Numbered from the stretch's first letter, positions 8,684 to 18,645 are shown. The stretch: DNA of 64,000 nt from Blastocatellia bacterium (GCA_963765495.1 CAVXWP010000007.1:320001-384000); one strand, 5' to 3'. The notes: a model not told the origin generated them from the letters alone. Numbers and translations are program-made.

Positions 8684-10351
8684 ATGAGTGATAAACTTTT
8701 AGTTATTGGACTTGACGGCGCATCTTTCAACGTACTGGACTCGCTCGTAGGCAAGGGGCATCTGCCGAATATTGCCAAACTGATAGCCTCGGGAACGCGC
8801 GCCAATCTTGAGACCACCTTTCCGCCGATCACGGCCGTTGCGTGGTCTTCTTTTATGACGGGCAAAAACCCCGGCAAACACGGCATATTCGAGTTTGTCA
8901 GACGCGATCACACGTCAAAGCGCGAGCTTGCCGTAAACGCCTCTTTCAGACAGGGCCGCGCCATCTGGGATCTGCTTTCGGAAGCGGGCAAGCGCGTAAT
9001 AGTTCATAATTTCCCCTGTACCTATCCGCCTCGCGCGATAAACGGCCTTTTGATAGCCGACTTCATGACTCCGCGCGGGCGCAGAGATTTTACCTATCCG
9101 GCCTCGCTGCTTGCCGAGCTTGAAGACAAATTCGGGCCGTATCAATTGCACCTGTCTCAGACCTACGGCGATGGAAATGTCGAAGGCGTGCTGGATGAAT
9201 TAAACAGCGAGCTTGATTACAAAGCGAAGGTCAGCGAGTACCTTATGACCGGGTACGAGTGGGATGCCTTCTTTCAATATTTCTGGGGCACCGACCGCAT
9301 ACAGCACGAACTATGGCACATAATTGATGAAGACCATCCCCGACACAACCCGGAAGAGGCCCGGCTCTATCGCGATAAGGTGTATGAATATTTTCGCCGC
9401 GTAGACCAGACCATGGGGCGATTGATAGAGCTTGCCGGGCCGCGCTCTCTGGTCTGGGTGGCCTCGGATCACGGTTTCGGTCCGGCGCACAAATATTGCT
9501 CGTTCAATATCTGGCTGATGCAGCAGGGCTTTCTCAAGCTGAAACGCGATGCTGTAACGCGTGTCAAGAAGCTCATGTTTTCAGCCGGGCTGACCCCGGA
9601 GCTTGCCTTCAAAATAGTAAAAAAACTCCCGCTTGGTGCCTTGCGGCCCGCGCGCGGAGTCAGCAATAATCCGGGCGCGTCGAAACTTCTAAGCACCTTT
9701 TTTCTCTCTTTCAATGATGTGGACTGGACGCGAACAGAGGCGTTTTCAAAAGGCAACTACGGCCAGATATATGTAAACCTCAAGGGGCGCGAGCCGGAAG
9801 GGATCATCGAAGAGAGTGATTACGAACGGGTCTGTCAAGAGATCGTCGCTCGCCTGAAATCGTTGAAAGACCCTCTGACGGGCGAGCAGTGGGTGGGCGA
9901 GGTCTTTCGACGCGAAGAGATTTACACCGGCCCGCTTGTAGCCGATGCGCCCGACATCGCCTTCCTGCCGCGCGATATGCGTTACCTGCCACTTGGAAAC
10001 GCCGATTTTACATCCAACAAATTCATGGTAGATGCCTTCGGAATATCGGGTTGTCATCGCATGCACGGCGTAATGATCGCAAACGGCGGGCCGATAAAGC
10101 CTGCCTTTGATGCTCGCGTCACTCGGATTTACGATGTAGCGCCGACCCTGCTATACCTGCTGGGTCAGGGCGTACCCGAAGACATGGACGGGCACGTTTT
10201 GTCTGAGATAATTTCCGAAGAGTATATAAAAGCACATCCGATCAACTTTACCGCCGAAAGCGACGAAGGGCAGACGGGCGAGATCGAGTTTACGCCCGAA
10301 GAGAATGAGGATGTGATCGAGAGATTAAAGAGCCTGGGGTACATAGGTTAA
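8684..10351 (+). CDS. Alkaline phosphatase superfamily type I phosphodiesterase/nucleotide pyrophosphatase
   Basis: LLVIGLDGA, TTFPPITAVAWSSFMTGKNPGKHGIF, DRIQH, ASDHGFG, SGCHRMHG, DVAPTLL, RLKSLGYI. Confidence 0.9.
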   Translation: MSDKLLVIGLDGASFNVLDSLVGKGHLPNIAKLIASGTRANLETTFPPITAVAWSSFMTGKNPGKHGIFEFVRRDHTSKRELAVNASFRQGRAIWDLLSEAGKRVIVHNFPCTYPPRAINGLLIADFMTPRGRRDFTYPASLLAELEDKFGPYQLHLSQTYGDGNVEGVLDELNSELDYKAKVSEYLMTGYEWDAFFQYFWGTDRIQHELWHIIDEDHPRHNPEEARLYRDKVYEYFRRVDQTMGRLIELAGPRSLVWVASDHGFGPAHKYCSFNIWLMQQGFLKLKRDAVTRVKKLMFSAGLTPELAFKIVKKLPLGALRPARGVSNNPGASKLLSTFFLSFNDVDWTRTEAFSKGNYGQIYVNLKGREPEGIIEESDYERVCQEIVARLKSLKDPLTGEQWVGEVFRREEIYTGPLVADAPDIAFLPRDMRYLPLGNADFTSNKFMVDAFGISGCHRMHGVMIANGGPIKPAFDARVTRIYDVAPTLLYLLGQGVPEDMDGHVLSEIISEEYIKAHPINFTAESDEGQTGEIEFTPEENEDVIERLKSLGYIG

Positions 10352-10373
10352 GGATTAATGTTAGGCAAGGAGA

Positions 10374-10629
10374 GCGCCCTGGAAGGGCGCGAGGATACTG
10401 CGCTAAATCACTCTGCAAGAGATTGGTACAAATGAGTTTGAATGGAAGGTAGATCGGAATAGGCCGCGGATTAGCGCGGATCAGACTTTATATGAGCTAA
10501 TCCGCGTATATCCGCCGCATCCGCGTCATCCGCGGCCTATTTCTAATGACACTACTTTGGAGTTTCGTTTGTACAAATCTTGCGCATTTCGATTTAGAAA
10601 TGGCGTATCCTCGCGCCCTTTCAGGGCGC
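10374..10629. repeat. Three-layer nested inverted-repeat element with a REP-like outer layer
   Basis: Outer 25-bp IR gcgccctg(g/a)aagggcgcgaggatac; middle IR ctaaatc..agattggtacaaatga; inner IR aataggccgcggat. Confidence 0.85.
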
Positions 10630-10774
10630 ACAATTGGTTTGCACTTCTTTCAAGAGACTGCGCCTTTGGCTTGCCACTGGCTATCTTCCTTCGCCCCCCC
10701 CCGGGGGCGAGGATATGCGGAACTTGAGAGCCGTGTGATCGCGCTCAGGCGAAGAAGGGAATCGAATTAACGGC

Positions 10775-12334
10775 ATGGTAGCAACAACGGAAACAAACCT
10801 GCGCGAAATACCCGCTCTTCGCCGACTGGAATGGTTCGACCGTCGCCGGTTGTTTTTCGCCTCTCTTGTGATCGGCGCATTGATATACGGGCAGTATCAA
10901 TTCTATAAGCTCCCGGCGAGCGGAGACCGCGCCAACTGGGATTATTTTGCTCAGGTCATTTCGCGCGGCGGCGTGCCTTATCGAGATGTGGTGAATATAA
11001 AAGGCCCGATGTCGGCCTACATAGGCGCGGCGGCAATCGTGGCTCTGCGGCCCTTGGGCGTGCGCGATGTGCTGGCGGTGCGCATCGCCTATATGGCGCT
11101 GGGAATACTTATAATCGGCTTTACCTTTTTGCTGGCCTGCGATTATTTCAACAGTCTTCGCGCAGGCATACTGGCCGCTCTCATCCTTCTGTCATTCGTC
11201 CAGTTCATCATTGCCAACTGCGGCGGCATCCAGCCCAAGACGCCGATGATTCTATTTGGGCTCGTGGCGCTATGGGCCATAATCAAAGATCGCCCGATGC
11301 TTGCCGGATTGTTTGGCATGTTTTCGGCCCTGTGCTGGCAACCGGGACTGCTGTTTGTCGGGGCCGCCGGTCTTGCTTTCTCGCGCTATCTTACAAGCTG
11401 GCGCGATCTGAAGGTAGTCAGGTTGCTTGTGGGCGCGTTGCTTCCGCTTGCCGCTCAAATCTTGTATCTATGGGCGCAGGGCGGGCTAAGAGATTTTTAC
11501 CTCTGGACCATACATTTCAACCTGACCGTTTACGCTCCTCAGGAGATGAGAAGCGCTTCAAACTTCGCCGGTCTTCTCGTGCGACTGGTGACAAGAGTTT
11601 ATCGCTATCAGCTTGTATATTTCCTGCTTGCGGTCCCTGCTTTCATAGCCGTTCTTGTGGCGGAAATAAGGCGCGCAATCAGAGGCGGGATGAGCTATTT
11701 GAAAGATGCGGCTCCTCGCCACGCGATACTGATTTCGCCGATTGTCTATTTTGCTTTTTGCGCGATAGATATGCAGGGAGTCGGAGACATGTTTCCATTC
11801 CTGCCCTTTATTTCGGCATTTGCCGCCCTTGCGCTGGTTTATCTTCTGGACTGGGCCGTCGATCTTTTGCGCTCCAAAAAAACAGCGCCTTATTTGCATC
11901 TCATAAGGAGCGCGGGATTCGCCGCGCTTCTGTTTCTCGCATCCGCCGCGGGCGAGGCAAGGGCATTTATGTTTCAGGTGAGGTCTCCCACGCTTCAGGA
12001 ACAGGAGGCCGAGGTGGCCGAAATGACTTCGCACATGCAACCGGGCGACAAAATATTCGCGCACGGGCTGAGCGAGGTGCTCGTTCTTTCAGGGCTGACC
12101 AATGCAAGCAAGTATTTCTTTCTCGACCGGGGCAAGGATACTTATTTAGACACGGTGGAGCCGGGCGGATTTAACGGCTGGTTTGAGAGACTGAAGGCTG
12201 AAAGGCCAAAGATAGTTGCGTTGTCTCGGCTGAAGCCCGTAGAGCATAGCAAGGATTTTGTGGACTGGGTGCACGAGGATTATGTACTGCACACCGGTCG
12301 AGTACTGGAATATTACCTCAGAAAAGACCAGTAA
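10775..12334 (+). CDS. GT-C fold integral-membrane glycosyltransferase (ArnT/PMT-like)
   Basis: Many TM helices; D..WDYFAQ..GGVPYRDVVNIKGP N-terminal loop typical of GT-C enzymes. Confidence 0.75.
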   Translation: MVATTETNLREIPALRRLEWFDRRRLFFASLVIGALIYGQYQFYKLPASGDRANWDYFAQVISRGGVPYRDVVNIKGPMSAYIGAAAIVALRPLGVRDVLAVRIAYMALGILIIGFTFLLACDYFNSLRAGILAALILLSFVQFIIANCGGIQPKTPMILFGLVALWAIIKDRPMLAGLFGMFSALCWQPGLLFVGAAGLAFSRYLTSWRDLKVVRLLVGALLPLAAQILYLWAQGGLRDFYLWTIHFNLTVYAPQEMRSASNFAGLLVRLVTRVYRYQLVYFLLAVPAFIAVLVAEIRRAIRGGMSYLKDAAPRHAILISPIVYFAFCAIDMQGVGDMFPFLPFISAFAALALVYLLDWAVDLLRSKKTAPYLHLIRSAGFAALLFLASAAGEARAFMFQVRSPTLQEQEAEVAEMTSHMQPGDKIFAHGLSEVLVLSGLTNASKYFFLDRGKDTYLDTVEPGGFNGWFERLKAERPKIVALSRLKPVEHSKDFVDWVHEDYVLHTGRVLEYYLRKDQ

Positions 12335-12337
12335 TAG

Positions 12338-12441
12338 TGATTCGTGATTCGTGATTCGTGATCCGTGACTTTCAGGCAGATCGCCTGTTTAAATATAAAT
12401 TGCAAGACAGGTAAATCACGCATCACGAATCACTCTCCACG
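12338..12441. repeat. Heptamer-arm hairpin (GTGATTC type)
   Basis: (gtgattc)x3 gtgatcc gtgacttt ... atcacgcatcacgaatcac. Confidence 0.85.
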
Positions 12442-12701
12442 CATTCCTAAGATAGAAGCCGACTCAACCGGCCAAACGCGAATGCCTTGAATCAATGTGG
12501 TTTTGGGCTTGCTTGATAAGTCGAGATGCTGGCCTGTAGAATTGCAAGTTTGCAGGCTGCTTCTGTTGATTTATGGAAGGATGTGAAAGGATGTCGGTTC
12601 AATCAGAGGCGGCCTTGGCGAATTTTGACGGCGGCAGCGGATTGGATTCCAGGTCTGAAATCAGCATGTCCGAAGGCAAAGGGAGAGGAATATAAACTCG
12701 T

Positions 12702-13970
12702 ATGGCAGTCGCCGGGCTAACACTCAAGAGGGCGATCAGAAAACCGGCCGAATCCCTGTTAAAGGTATATCTGTCGAGTCTGCCCCGCATCAAATTTGAT
12801 CCCGCGAAGGTCAATCGCATACTGGTATTTGCCTATCACGGTCTTGGCAATTTCATAATGTATACGCCCGCCTTGAGCTTGCTTCGTGGGCGCTACCCCA
12901 GAGCCAGGATCGATCTTCAGGTCGGAAACAACACGGGATGCGAAGATGTGCTTTCGGGGGCGGGGCTGTTTGATAATATTTATAACCTGCCTTACTCTGC
13001 CGGGCCGCGAGCCTGGATTGCCCGCGCGCGCGCGATTAAAGAGACCGCTTACGACCTGACTTTAAATGAATTTCACAGCCACTCGTGGCCGCTGGCCCTG
13101 CTCGTGTCGGCAAGCCATGCTCCCTTCCGCGCCGGTCACGTCACCAGCCCCGGCTGGCCGCAATGGCAAAGCCCTTATAGCTTTGTATTCAATCTTCCTG
13201 TAAAGATGCGTGAGGGCGAACACGAAGTAGAGCGTTATCTTGATCTGGTGGCCAAAGCCGGTGTCGAGCGGGTTGAGCTTTCGGAGGCCAGGACTTTTAT
13301 TCATCTCGACGAAGCAGACAGAGAATTTGCCCGGCGTTTTTTTGAGCAATCCGGGCTTTTGCCTTCCGGTTCGGTAATAGGGATACAGCCGGGCACCTCG
13401 CCCAACATGCGTTGGAAGCAGTGGCCCCTCGACCGCTATCGTTCCTTGATCGAGCGGCTGAGCGCGGAGCGGCCCGAAGCGCGAATCGTACTGTTCGGTT
13501 CTCCGGGCGAGGCCGAAATGATTTCGGACCTGGCCGCCGGGTTTGGGGCAAACGTATCAATTGCGGCGGGCAAAACTACCGTAAAACAGGTGGCCGCATT
13601 GATCGAACGCTGCCAGATGCTCCTGTGCAACGACAGCGGTCTGATGCACATGGCCGTCGCGGTCGGCACCCCTGTCGTAGCCATCTACGGCCCGACAGAC
13701 ATCAACCGCACGGCCCCGCTCGGCTCGCGTCATTCAATCATCAGGCACGAGCTTCCCTGTAGCCCGTGCTTCAAACTCGAAGGTGACGAGCAGGTAACCT
13801 CCTGTCCTCATCACGATTGCCTGATGACGATAGCCCCGGATGAAGTTTTTCAGGCCGTGTGCAGGACGGTCGAACGCGTTCAATTGCGGGACGGTCGAAA
13901 TCCTGACGCGGCATATAAGAGGGCCGAGACATCTGTTGCGACAACTGCTCTGAGCGATATGCAGGCTTGA
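12702..13970 (+). CDS. Glycosyltransferase family 9 (heptosyltransferase-like)
   Basis: GLGNFIMYTPAL, IQPG...KQWP, CNDSGLMHMAVAVGTPVVAIYGPT, PCSPC..C..C. Confidence 0.9.
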   Translation: MAVAGLTLKRAIRKPAESLLKVYLSSLPRIKFDPAKVNRILVFAYHGLGNFIMYTPALSLLRGRYPRARIDLQVGNNTGCEDVLSGAGLFDNIYNLPYSAGPRAWIARARAIKETAYDLTLNEFHSHSWPLALLVSASHAPFRAGHVTSPGWPQWQSPYSFVFNLPVKMREGEHEVERYLDLVAKAGVERVELSEARTFIHLDEADREFARRFFEQSGLLPSGSVIGIQPGTSPNMRWKQWPLDRYRSLIERLSAERPEARIVLFGSPGEAEMISDLAAGFGANVSIAAGKTTVKQVAALIERCQMLLCNDSGLMHMAVAVGTPVVAIYGPTDINRTAPLGSRHSIIRHELPCSPCFKLEGDEQVTSCPHHDCLMTIAPDEVFQAVCRTVERVQLRDGRNPDAAYKRAETSVATTALSDMQA

Positions 13971-13992
13971 ATTCCAATAATATTTTCGCGGA

Positions 13993-15027
13993 TTGATGAT
14001 GAAATTTTTACTCCTGTTCTTGATTGTGGTACCACTTGTCGGGCTTTCAAACTGCCGCTCGCTTGAGCGCGCATCGGCGGAAAAGCCTCCGCTTACTCGT
14101 TGCCTGGATGATCTTGAAACCATCCCCGCCATGGCCGCTTTGCTCAAAGACCGCAGCAAAAAACAGGCGAACCCGGAAGGGGAGGGCGAAAAAAATGAGC
14201 GCCCTCTCGAAGGCATGGAAATGGCCCTGACCATCAACAGCATGGTGCGCAGTCAGGGCGAGCCCGAGGGCGGAGAAGATAACTGGTGCTCGAATGAAAA
14301 CAGCGTCGAGAATTTCAATAAGATACTCGATGCTCTCAAGCGTAACGACATACCCCCCACGGTCAGCTTCATCATGGGAGAGAATCTGGATGAGATGCTT
14401 GTCAGGCGCTGGCTGCAAAGCGGCAACCTGATAGGCAATATGACCTATAGCCGCGCGAAGACCAGAAAAAAAGGCGCGGAAAAATTTATCGAGGATGTGG
14501 AGCGCAATGATGAAGTGCTCGCCCCGTTCTGGAAAGATTTCCCTCCCGCGCATAAGTATTTTCGCTTTCCGCGTCTGAAGCCGGGCAGAACCGAAGAGAT
14601 TCGCACGCAGATTCGCGCCTTTCTTAATGATAAGAAATATGTGGAAGTGCCTGCGACGATTGATGCGTGGGATAACAGATTCAGCGGAATCTATTGCGCG
14701 GCCCTGGCCAGAGAAGATCAAAACTGCGCCAATTTGGTCACCGCCCACTTCAAGACATTGATGCTTGCCGTTGTGACCAAGGCGCGCGCAGTCGGTCGCA
14801 AGCGTACGGGCCACGATGTTAAGCATATACTCATGGTAGGCGCAAACCAGTTTACGGCAGATACGCTTGCCGACATGCTGGCCTGGTATAAGAGCCTGGG
14901 CGTGAAATTCATCACGCTTGATGAAGCCCTGAGCGATCCTATCTATTCGAGCGTGGACGACAAAGGAAAACCCGCATCTCGCGCCTTGATTCGAGCGGCC
15001 CAGCGCGGGTCGCTGTCCGAAAAGTAG
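13993..15027 (+). CDS. Polysaccharide deacetylase (CE4)-like putative lipoprotein with degenerate active site
   Basis: Lipobox-like LSNC; ALT.., GNxTYS, YFRFP, GVKFITLDEALSDP framework. Confidence 0.7.
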   Translation: MMMKFLLLFLIVVPLVGLSNCRSLERASAEKPPLTRCLDDLETIPAMAALLKDRSKKQANPEGEGEKNERPLEGMEMALTINSMVRSQGEPEGGEDNWCSNENSVENFNKILDALKRNDIPPTVSFIMGENLDEMLVRRWLQSGNLIGNMTYSRAKTRKKGAEKFIEDVERNDEVLAPFWKDFPPAHKYFRFPRLKPGRTEEIRTQIRAFLNDKKYVEVPATIDAWDNRFSGIYCAALAREDQNCANLVTAHFKTLMLAVVTKARAVGRKRTGHDVKHILMVGANQFTADTLADMLAWYKSLGVKFITLDEALSDPIYSSVDDKGKPASRALIRAAQRGSLSEK

Positions 15028-15143
15028 CAAGCCATTCAGTTCTTGCCTCGCGGAGATTCGGCGTTAGAGGTATTGGAGATGAGTTTGAGCGAAAAGCAAG
15101 CGGTCTTGATAGAGTTCACAAGCCGATTTTATTATCTTGGTAA

Positions 15144-15539
15144 TTGATGAGTGAACGCAAAATAAATCGGATTCTGCTTCGCGGCCTGAGACTGAAGTGC
15201 CCTGCCTGCGGCAAGGGATCGCTGTTTCGATCCGGCTTTGCTGTAAACGAATCCTGCCCCTGTTGCTCGATGATCTTCCTGCGCGAGCAGGGATATTTCA
15301 TCGGCGCACTTTATATCAACATTGCGGCAACCGAACTGCTGATCGGGTTTGTATACCTGCTCGCGCTGCTCGCTGTAAAGATCGCCGATGATATTATTTA
15401 CCCCGCGCTTTTTGCCCTGGCGCTTATCCTGCCGATATTATTTTATCGCCACGCCAGAAGCTTCTGGCTCAGTCTGGATTATCTGATTGATCCGCCCCCC
15501 GGCTCAGAAGAGAGAGCCCTCAAAGAAGGCGGCTGTTGA
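15144..15539 (+). CDS. DUF983-like zinc-ribbon membrane protein
   Basis: RGLRLKCPACGKGSLF, CPCC, REQGYFIGA, two TM helices. Confidence 0.8.
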   Translation: MMSERKINRILLRGLRLKCPACGKGSLFRSGFAVNESCPCCSMIFLREQGYFIGALYINIAATELLIGFVYLLALLAVKIADDIIYPALFALALILPILFYRHARSFWLSLDYLIDPPPGSEERALKEGGC

Positions 15540-15563
15540 CCTGATTGTCTTCCGGCCCGCTTT

Positions 15564-16721
15564 TCAGGCGAGCGCCTTGACTATGCGTTCGGCGGCGGCT
15601 TCGAGCAGGTGATCTTCGCGGGCGAAACACAACCGCATATAAACATCTTGATCGGGGTCATCCATGAAGGCGCTTCCGGGCACTCCGGCCACACCAGCCT
15701 CCTTCATCAAAAACTCGTTGAACTCTCCCGCGTCGTCGAATCTTTCGGGGATGCGCGCCCAGATGTAAAAGGTCGAGCGCGAAGGATAGACTCGAAATCC
15801 CGCGCTCTCAAGCGCGTTTGCCAGTATCTCGCGTTTGCGCCCGAAATTCTCTCGCATGCGCTGATAATATTCAGGCTCGGCCAGCAGGACTCGCGCGAGC
15901 GCATGCTGGAACGGCGTCGGCGTGCAAACATAATAGACGTTTCCGAGCGCGGCAAGCGGGCCTGTGAGCGCGCCGGGTCCGTAAAGATAGCCGAGTCTCC
16001 AACCCGAAACCGCCCATGATTTTGAAAACGAGTTCACCGTGATCGTGCGCTCGAACGCGCCGTCGAGTGAAGCGGGCGAGATGTGATCGGATTGTTCCAG
16101 AGTGAAGTGCTCATAGACCTCGTCGGAGATCAGCATCAGGTCAAATTCTTCGGCGCATTTGACTATGGATTGCAACTCTTCGCGGTTGAATACGCGCCCC
16201 GTAGGGTTGGCGGGCGAGCTGACCAGGATGGCTTTTATTGGATACTGCGTTCTTTTTTTACCTTCTCGGCAGACGCTTCGCAGTTCGTCTATGTCGAGAT
16301 CCAGATTGTCGCCGCGAAGCTTGACCACGTCTGTCCGCGCATCGCAGGTCGCCAGCGTCTTTTTATGATAAGGGTAATATGGCTCAAACAGCACCGCCGA
16401 AGCTCCGCGCAGATATGTGTGCGCGGAGATGACCAGGCCGCCCGTCGCGCCCGGCGTAATTATCAATTCGAGGGGCCGCTTGTCGGGATCGACTGTGACC
16501 CCGTTGTAGAACCGCACCTTCTCAGCGACCGCGCTCCTGAGCGGGGCCACTCCCTCAAAAAAGCTGTAGGAATTCAATCCCTCGGCTACTACATCGTTGA
16601 GGGCGCGAGCAAGGTCAGGGTGGATTGCGACATCATTTTGCCCCTGAACGAGATTGCCGCTTGGCGGAATCATTCGCGCGATGGCTCGAATATCGGGCTG
16701 GACTCTCTTTTTACTTTGCAA
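15564..16721 (-). CDS. PLP-dependent aminotransferase class I/II
   Basis: SPANPTG, ISDEVYE, SFSKSWAVSGWRLGY, RLCFA. Confidence 0.92.
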   Translation of the reverse strand: MQSKKRVQPDIRAIARMIPPSGNLVQGQNDVAIHPDLARALNDVVAEGLNSYSFFEGVAPLRSAVAEKVRFYNGVTVDPDKRPLELIITPGATGGLVISAHTYLRGASAVLFEPYYPYHKKTLATCDARTDVVKLRGDNLDLDIDELRSVCREGKKRTQYPIKAILVSSPANPTGRVFNREELQSIVKCAEEFDLMLISDEVYEHFTLEQSDHISPASLDGAFERTITVNSFSKSWAVSGWRLGYLYGPGALTGPLAALGNVYYVCTPTPFQHALARVLLAEPEYYQRMRENFGRKREILANALESAGFRVYPSRSTFYIWARIPERFDDAGEFNEFLMKEAGVAGVPGSAFMDDPDQDVYMRLCFAREDHLLEAAAERIVKALA

Positions 16722-17019
16722 AATGAACCTCCATTATCGCTATACAGGCGCAAGGCTTTGGTCGTTGCGCCGGGAAGAATACAAAATGGTAAAGCCCCGG
16801 TCCCGGATATTGCAAGATGAAACCGAAAAAACAAGTTTTACAAATGTGTTGTGAGGCCATTTGAGTCTTGCCTCCCGGGACCGAAGAATTATATCCTATT
16901 ACTACACCGGAACAATAAATCAGGAGACGATGTAACTGTAGCGGTGCAGGTTTCAGCCCTCCTGAAAAGAATTCTAAGGATGCCGCAAACGGCATACATT
17001 AAGCGCGTGGTAGAGGTAT

Positions 17020-17910
17020 ATGGAGAAAAGTAAGAGTAACCTGATCACTCGGCGTCAGGCAATAATATCGCTTGCAGCGATAACGGCCGGGACTCTCATC
17101 AAGCCCACATCCATTCTGGGCGCAACACCTGTTAAAGACAAATTGAGATTTGCGATCCTGGGCGACTGGGGCACAGGCGACGGCGACGGATACAGCCTAG
17201 CCAGGCAGATGTGCGACACGCATCGCCGCTCGGCATTCGATTTCGTCATCGGCGCAGGCGATAACATCTATCCAAACGGCAACGGCAAATACTTCTCAAA
17301 GAATTTCGAGCAACCGTTTGCCGGATTGCTAAACGACCGCATCAGCTTTCACACGGTACTTGGAAATCACGACGTAACTGACGGGCGACAGGACCAGTGC
17401 CAGTACCCGCTCTTCAATATGGGTGGGCACTGTTACTACAAGATGAGCAAGGGCGACGGGCTGGTGGATTTTTTCATGCTCGATTCGACCGATTACGATA
17501 ATGCGCAGGCAGCATGGTTTGAAGAGGCTCTGCGCGCCTCCACGGCTAAGTGGAAGATAACCGTTTTCCACCACCCCATCTATTCATCAGGCAAAAAGCA
17601 CGGGTCGGATATGGGGTTGCGCAGAAAGATCGAGCCTTTGCTCACAAAGTATAAAGTCAACGCGGTCTTTTCCGGCCACGACCATATTTATGAGCGCACC
17701 ACTTTGCAAACCGGAGTCCAGTACTTCGTCACGGGCGCGGGCGGAAAGACCCGTCGCGGCGATGTGGATATGAAGTGCGATTTCCGCGCGGCAAGCTACG
17801 ATGAGGACAATCACTTCATGCTGCTCGAAGTGGGCGACAAAGGGATAAATTTCCAGGCCATATCCGAAAAAGGCGACATCGTTGATAGCGGCGCGATAGA
17901 ACAAAGCTGA
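17020..17910 (+). CDS. Metallophosphoesterase (purple-acid-phosphatase-like), Tat-exported
   Basis: TRRQAI twin-arginine signal; GDWG, GDNIY, GNHD, HHP, GHDH. Confidence 0.9.
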   Translation: MEKSKSNLITRRQAIISLAAITAGTLIKPTSILGATPVKDKLRFAILGDWGTGDGDGYSLARQMCDTHRRSAFDFVIGAGDNIYPNGNGKYFSKNFEQPFAGLLNDRISFHTVLGNHDVTDGRQDQCQYPLFNMGGHCYYKMSKGDGLVDFFMLDSTDYDNAQAAWFEEALRASTAKWKITVFHHPIYSSGKKHGSDMGLRRKIEPLLTKYKVNAVFSGHDHIYERTTLQTGVQYFVTGAGGKTRRGDVDMKCDFRAASYDEDNHFMLLEVGDKGINFQAISEKGDIVDSGAIEQS

Positions 17911-17949
17911 GCCGGTCACGGCTTTTGTATCAGCCGACAACACAGGCCA

Positions 17950-18002
17950 AAACGTCAGACACACGGGGATGCCAGACAGGTTCTCCGTGTGTTTGACGCT
18001 TT
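17950..18002 (+). terminator. Hairpin downstream of the metallophosphoesterase
   Basis: acgtcagacacacgggga ... tctccgtgtgtttgacg followed by T-rich sequence. Confidence 0.5.
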
Positions 18003-18054
18003 CGTCTCTTTTATGTAGTCCTTTATTGACTCCTGCAATCCTGCGTGGTTTCAT

Positions 18055-18139
18055 CTAAATCGAAATGCACAAGATAGGTATAAATGAATTTGCCTTTCAT
18101 TCAAATTCATTTGCACCTATCTCTTGCGGAATGATTTAG
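18055..18139. repeat. 85-bp palindromic element; insert-free homolog of 10403-10597
   Basis: Its reverse complement aligns with both flanks of the insert at 10450-10560. Confidence 0.8.
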
Positions 18140-18189
18140 CCTGTATAATCGCGATCAATCTTTCCGAGCGGATTTCGGAGGCGAGGCGA

Positions 18190-18627
18190 ATGCCAAGGCA
18201 GGGCAGCAAGCAGAAGCTGAAACAGAGTGCTACAGCGGCATCTTATGTGATATTCATAAGTCACTCATCCTCTGATTTGTGGATCGCCTCAGTCATGGCT
18301 GAAAAGGTTACCGCTCTGGGCGCTGAACCGTGGCTTGATGAAAAGGACATAAAAGGCGGGGATGATATTTTAGAGACGATAAAGGAAGGAATTGACACCT
18401 GTCACGAAGCGATAGTTCTCGTATCGCCCGCCAGCGTAAACTCGCACTGGGTCGTTTTCGAAATAGGGGCGGCTTATGGTCAGCATAAACGCGTGACCCC
18501 GGTCTTAAATCACGTTTCCGCTGATTCGATTGCTCCCATCAAGGGGCTGAAAGCAATCGAGCTTAATAAATTCGATCAGTTCCTGATACAATTGAAGAAA
18601 CGAATTGACTCGCATTCGAAAGGCTGA
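18190..18627 (+). CDS. Stand-alone TIR-domain protein (catalytic Glu present)
   Basis: IFISHSSSD, WLDEKDIKGGD, IVLVSPASVNSHWVVFEIGAA; ATG at 18190 behind GGAGG. Confidence 0.88.
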   Translation: MPRQGSKQKLKQSATAASYVIFISHSSSDLWIASVMAEKVTALGAEPWLDEKDIKGGDDILETIKEGIDTCHEAIVLVSPASVNSHWVVFEIGAAYGQHKRVTPVLNHVSADSIAPIKGLKAIELNKFDQFLIQLKKRIDSHSKG

Positions 18628-18645
18628 AAGCGATAAGGTATCGGT

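Noticed and set aside
8434-8691. Short ORFs such as 8434-8691 and 10546-10770, and N-terminal extensions at 21858, 32484 and 52107
   Set aside because: They are translations of repeat hairpins (e.g. QNSELKTQN, PPAPDPRPP), not real coding sequence.
14047-15030. 327-aa antisense ORF
   Set aside because: It mirrors the deacetylase-like gene on the opposite strand and has no recognisable motif; a typical high-GC shadow ORF.
16935-16965. REP-like fragment tgtagcggtgcaggtttcagccct, and gcagacatccccgtctgc near 22996
   Set aside because: Single degenerate copies with no partner in the window; too weak to call.
17020-17910. Metallophosphoesterase as effector of the TIR pair
   Set aside because: It has a Tat export signal and is separated from the TIR genes by a hairpin and about 280 bp.
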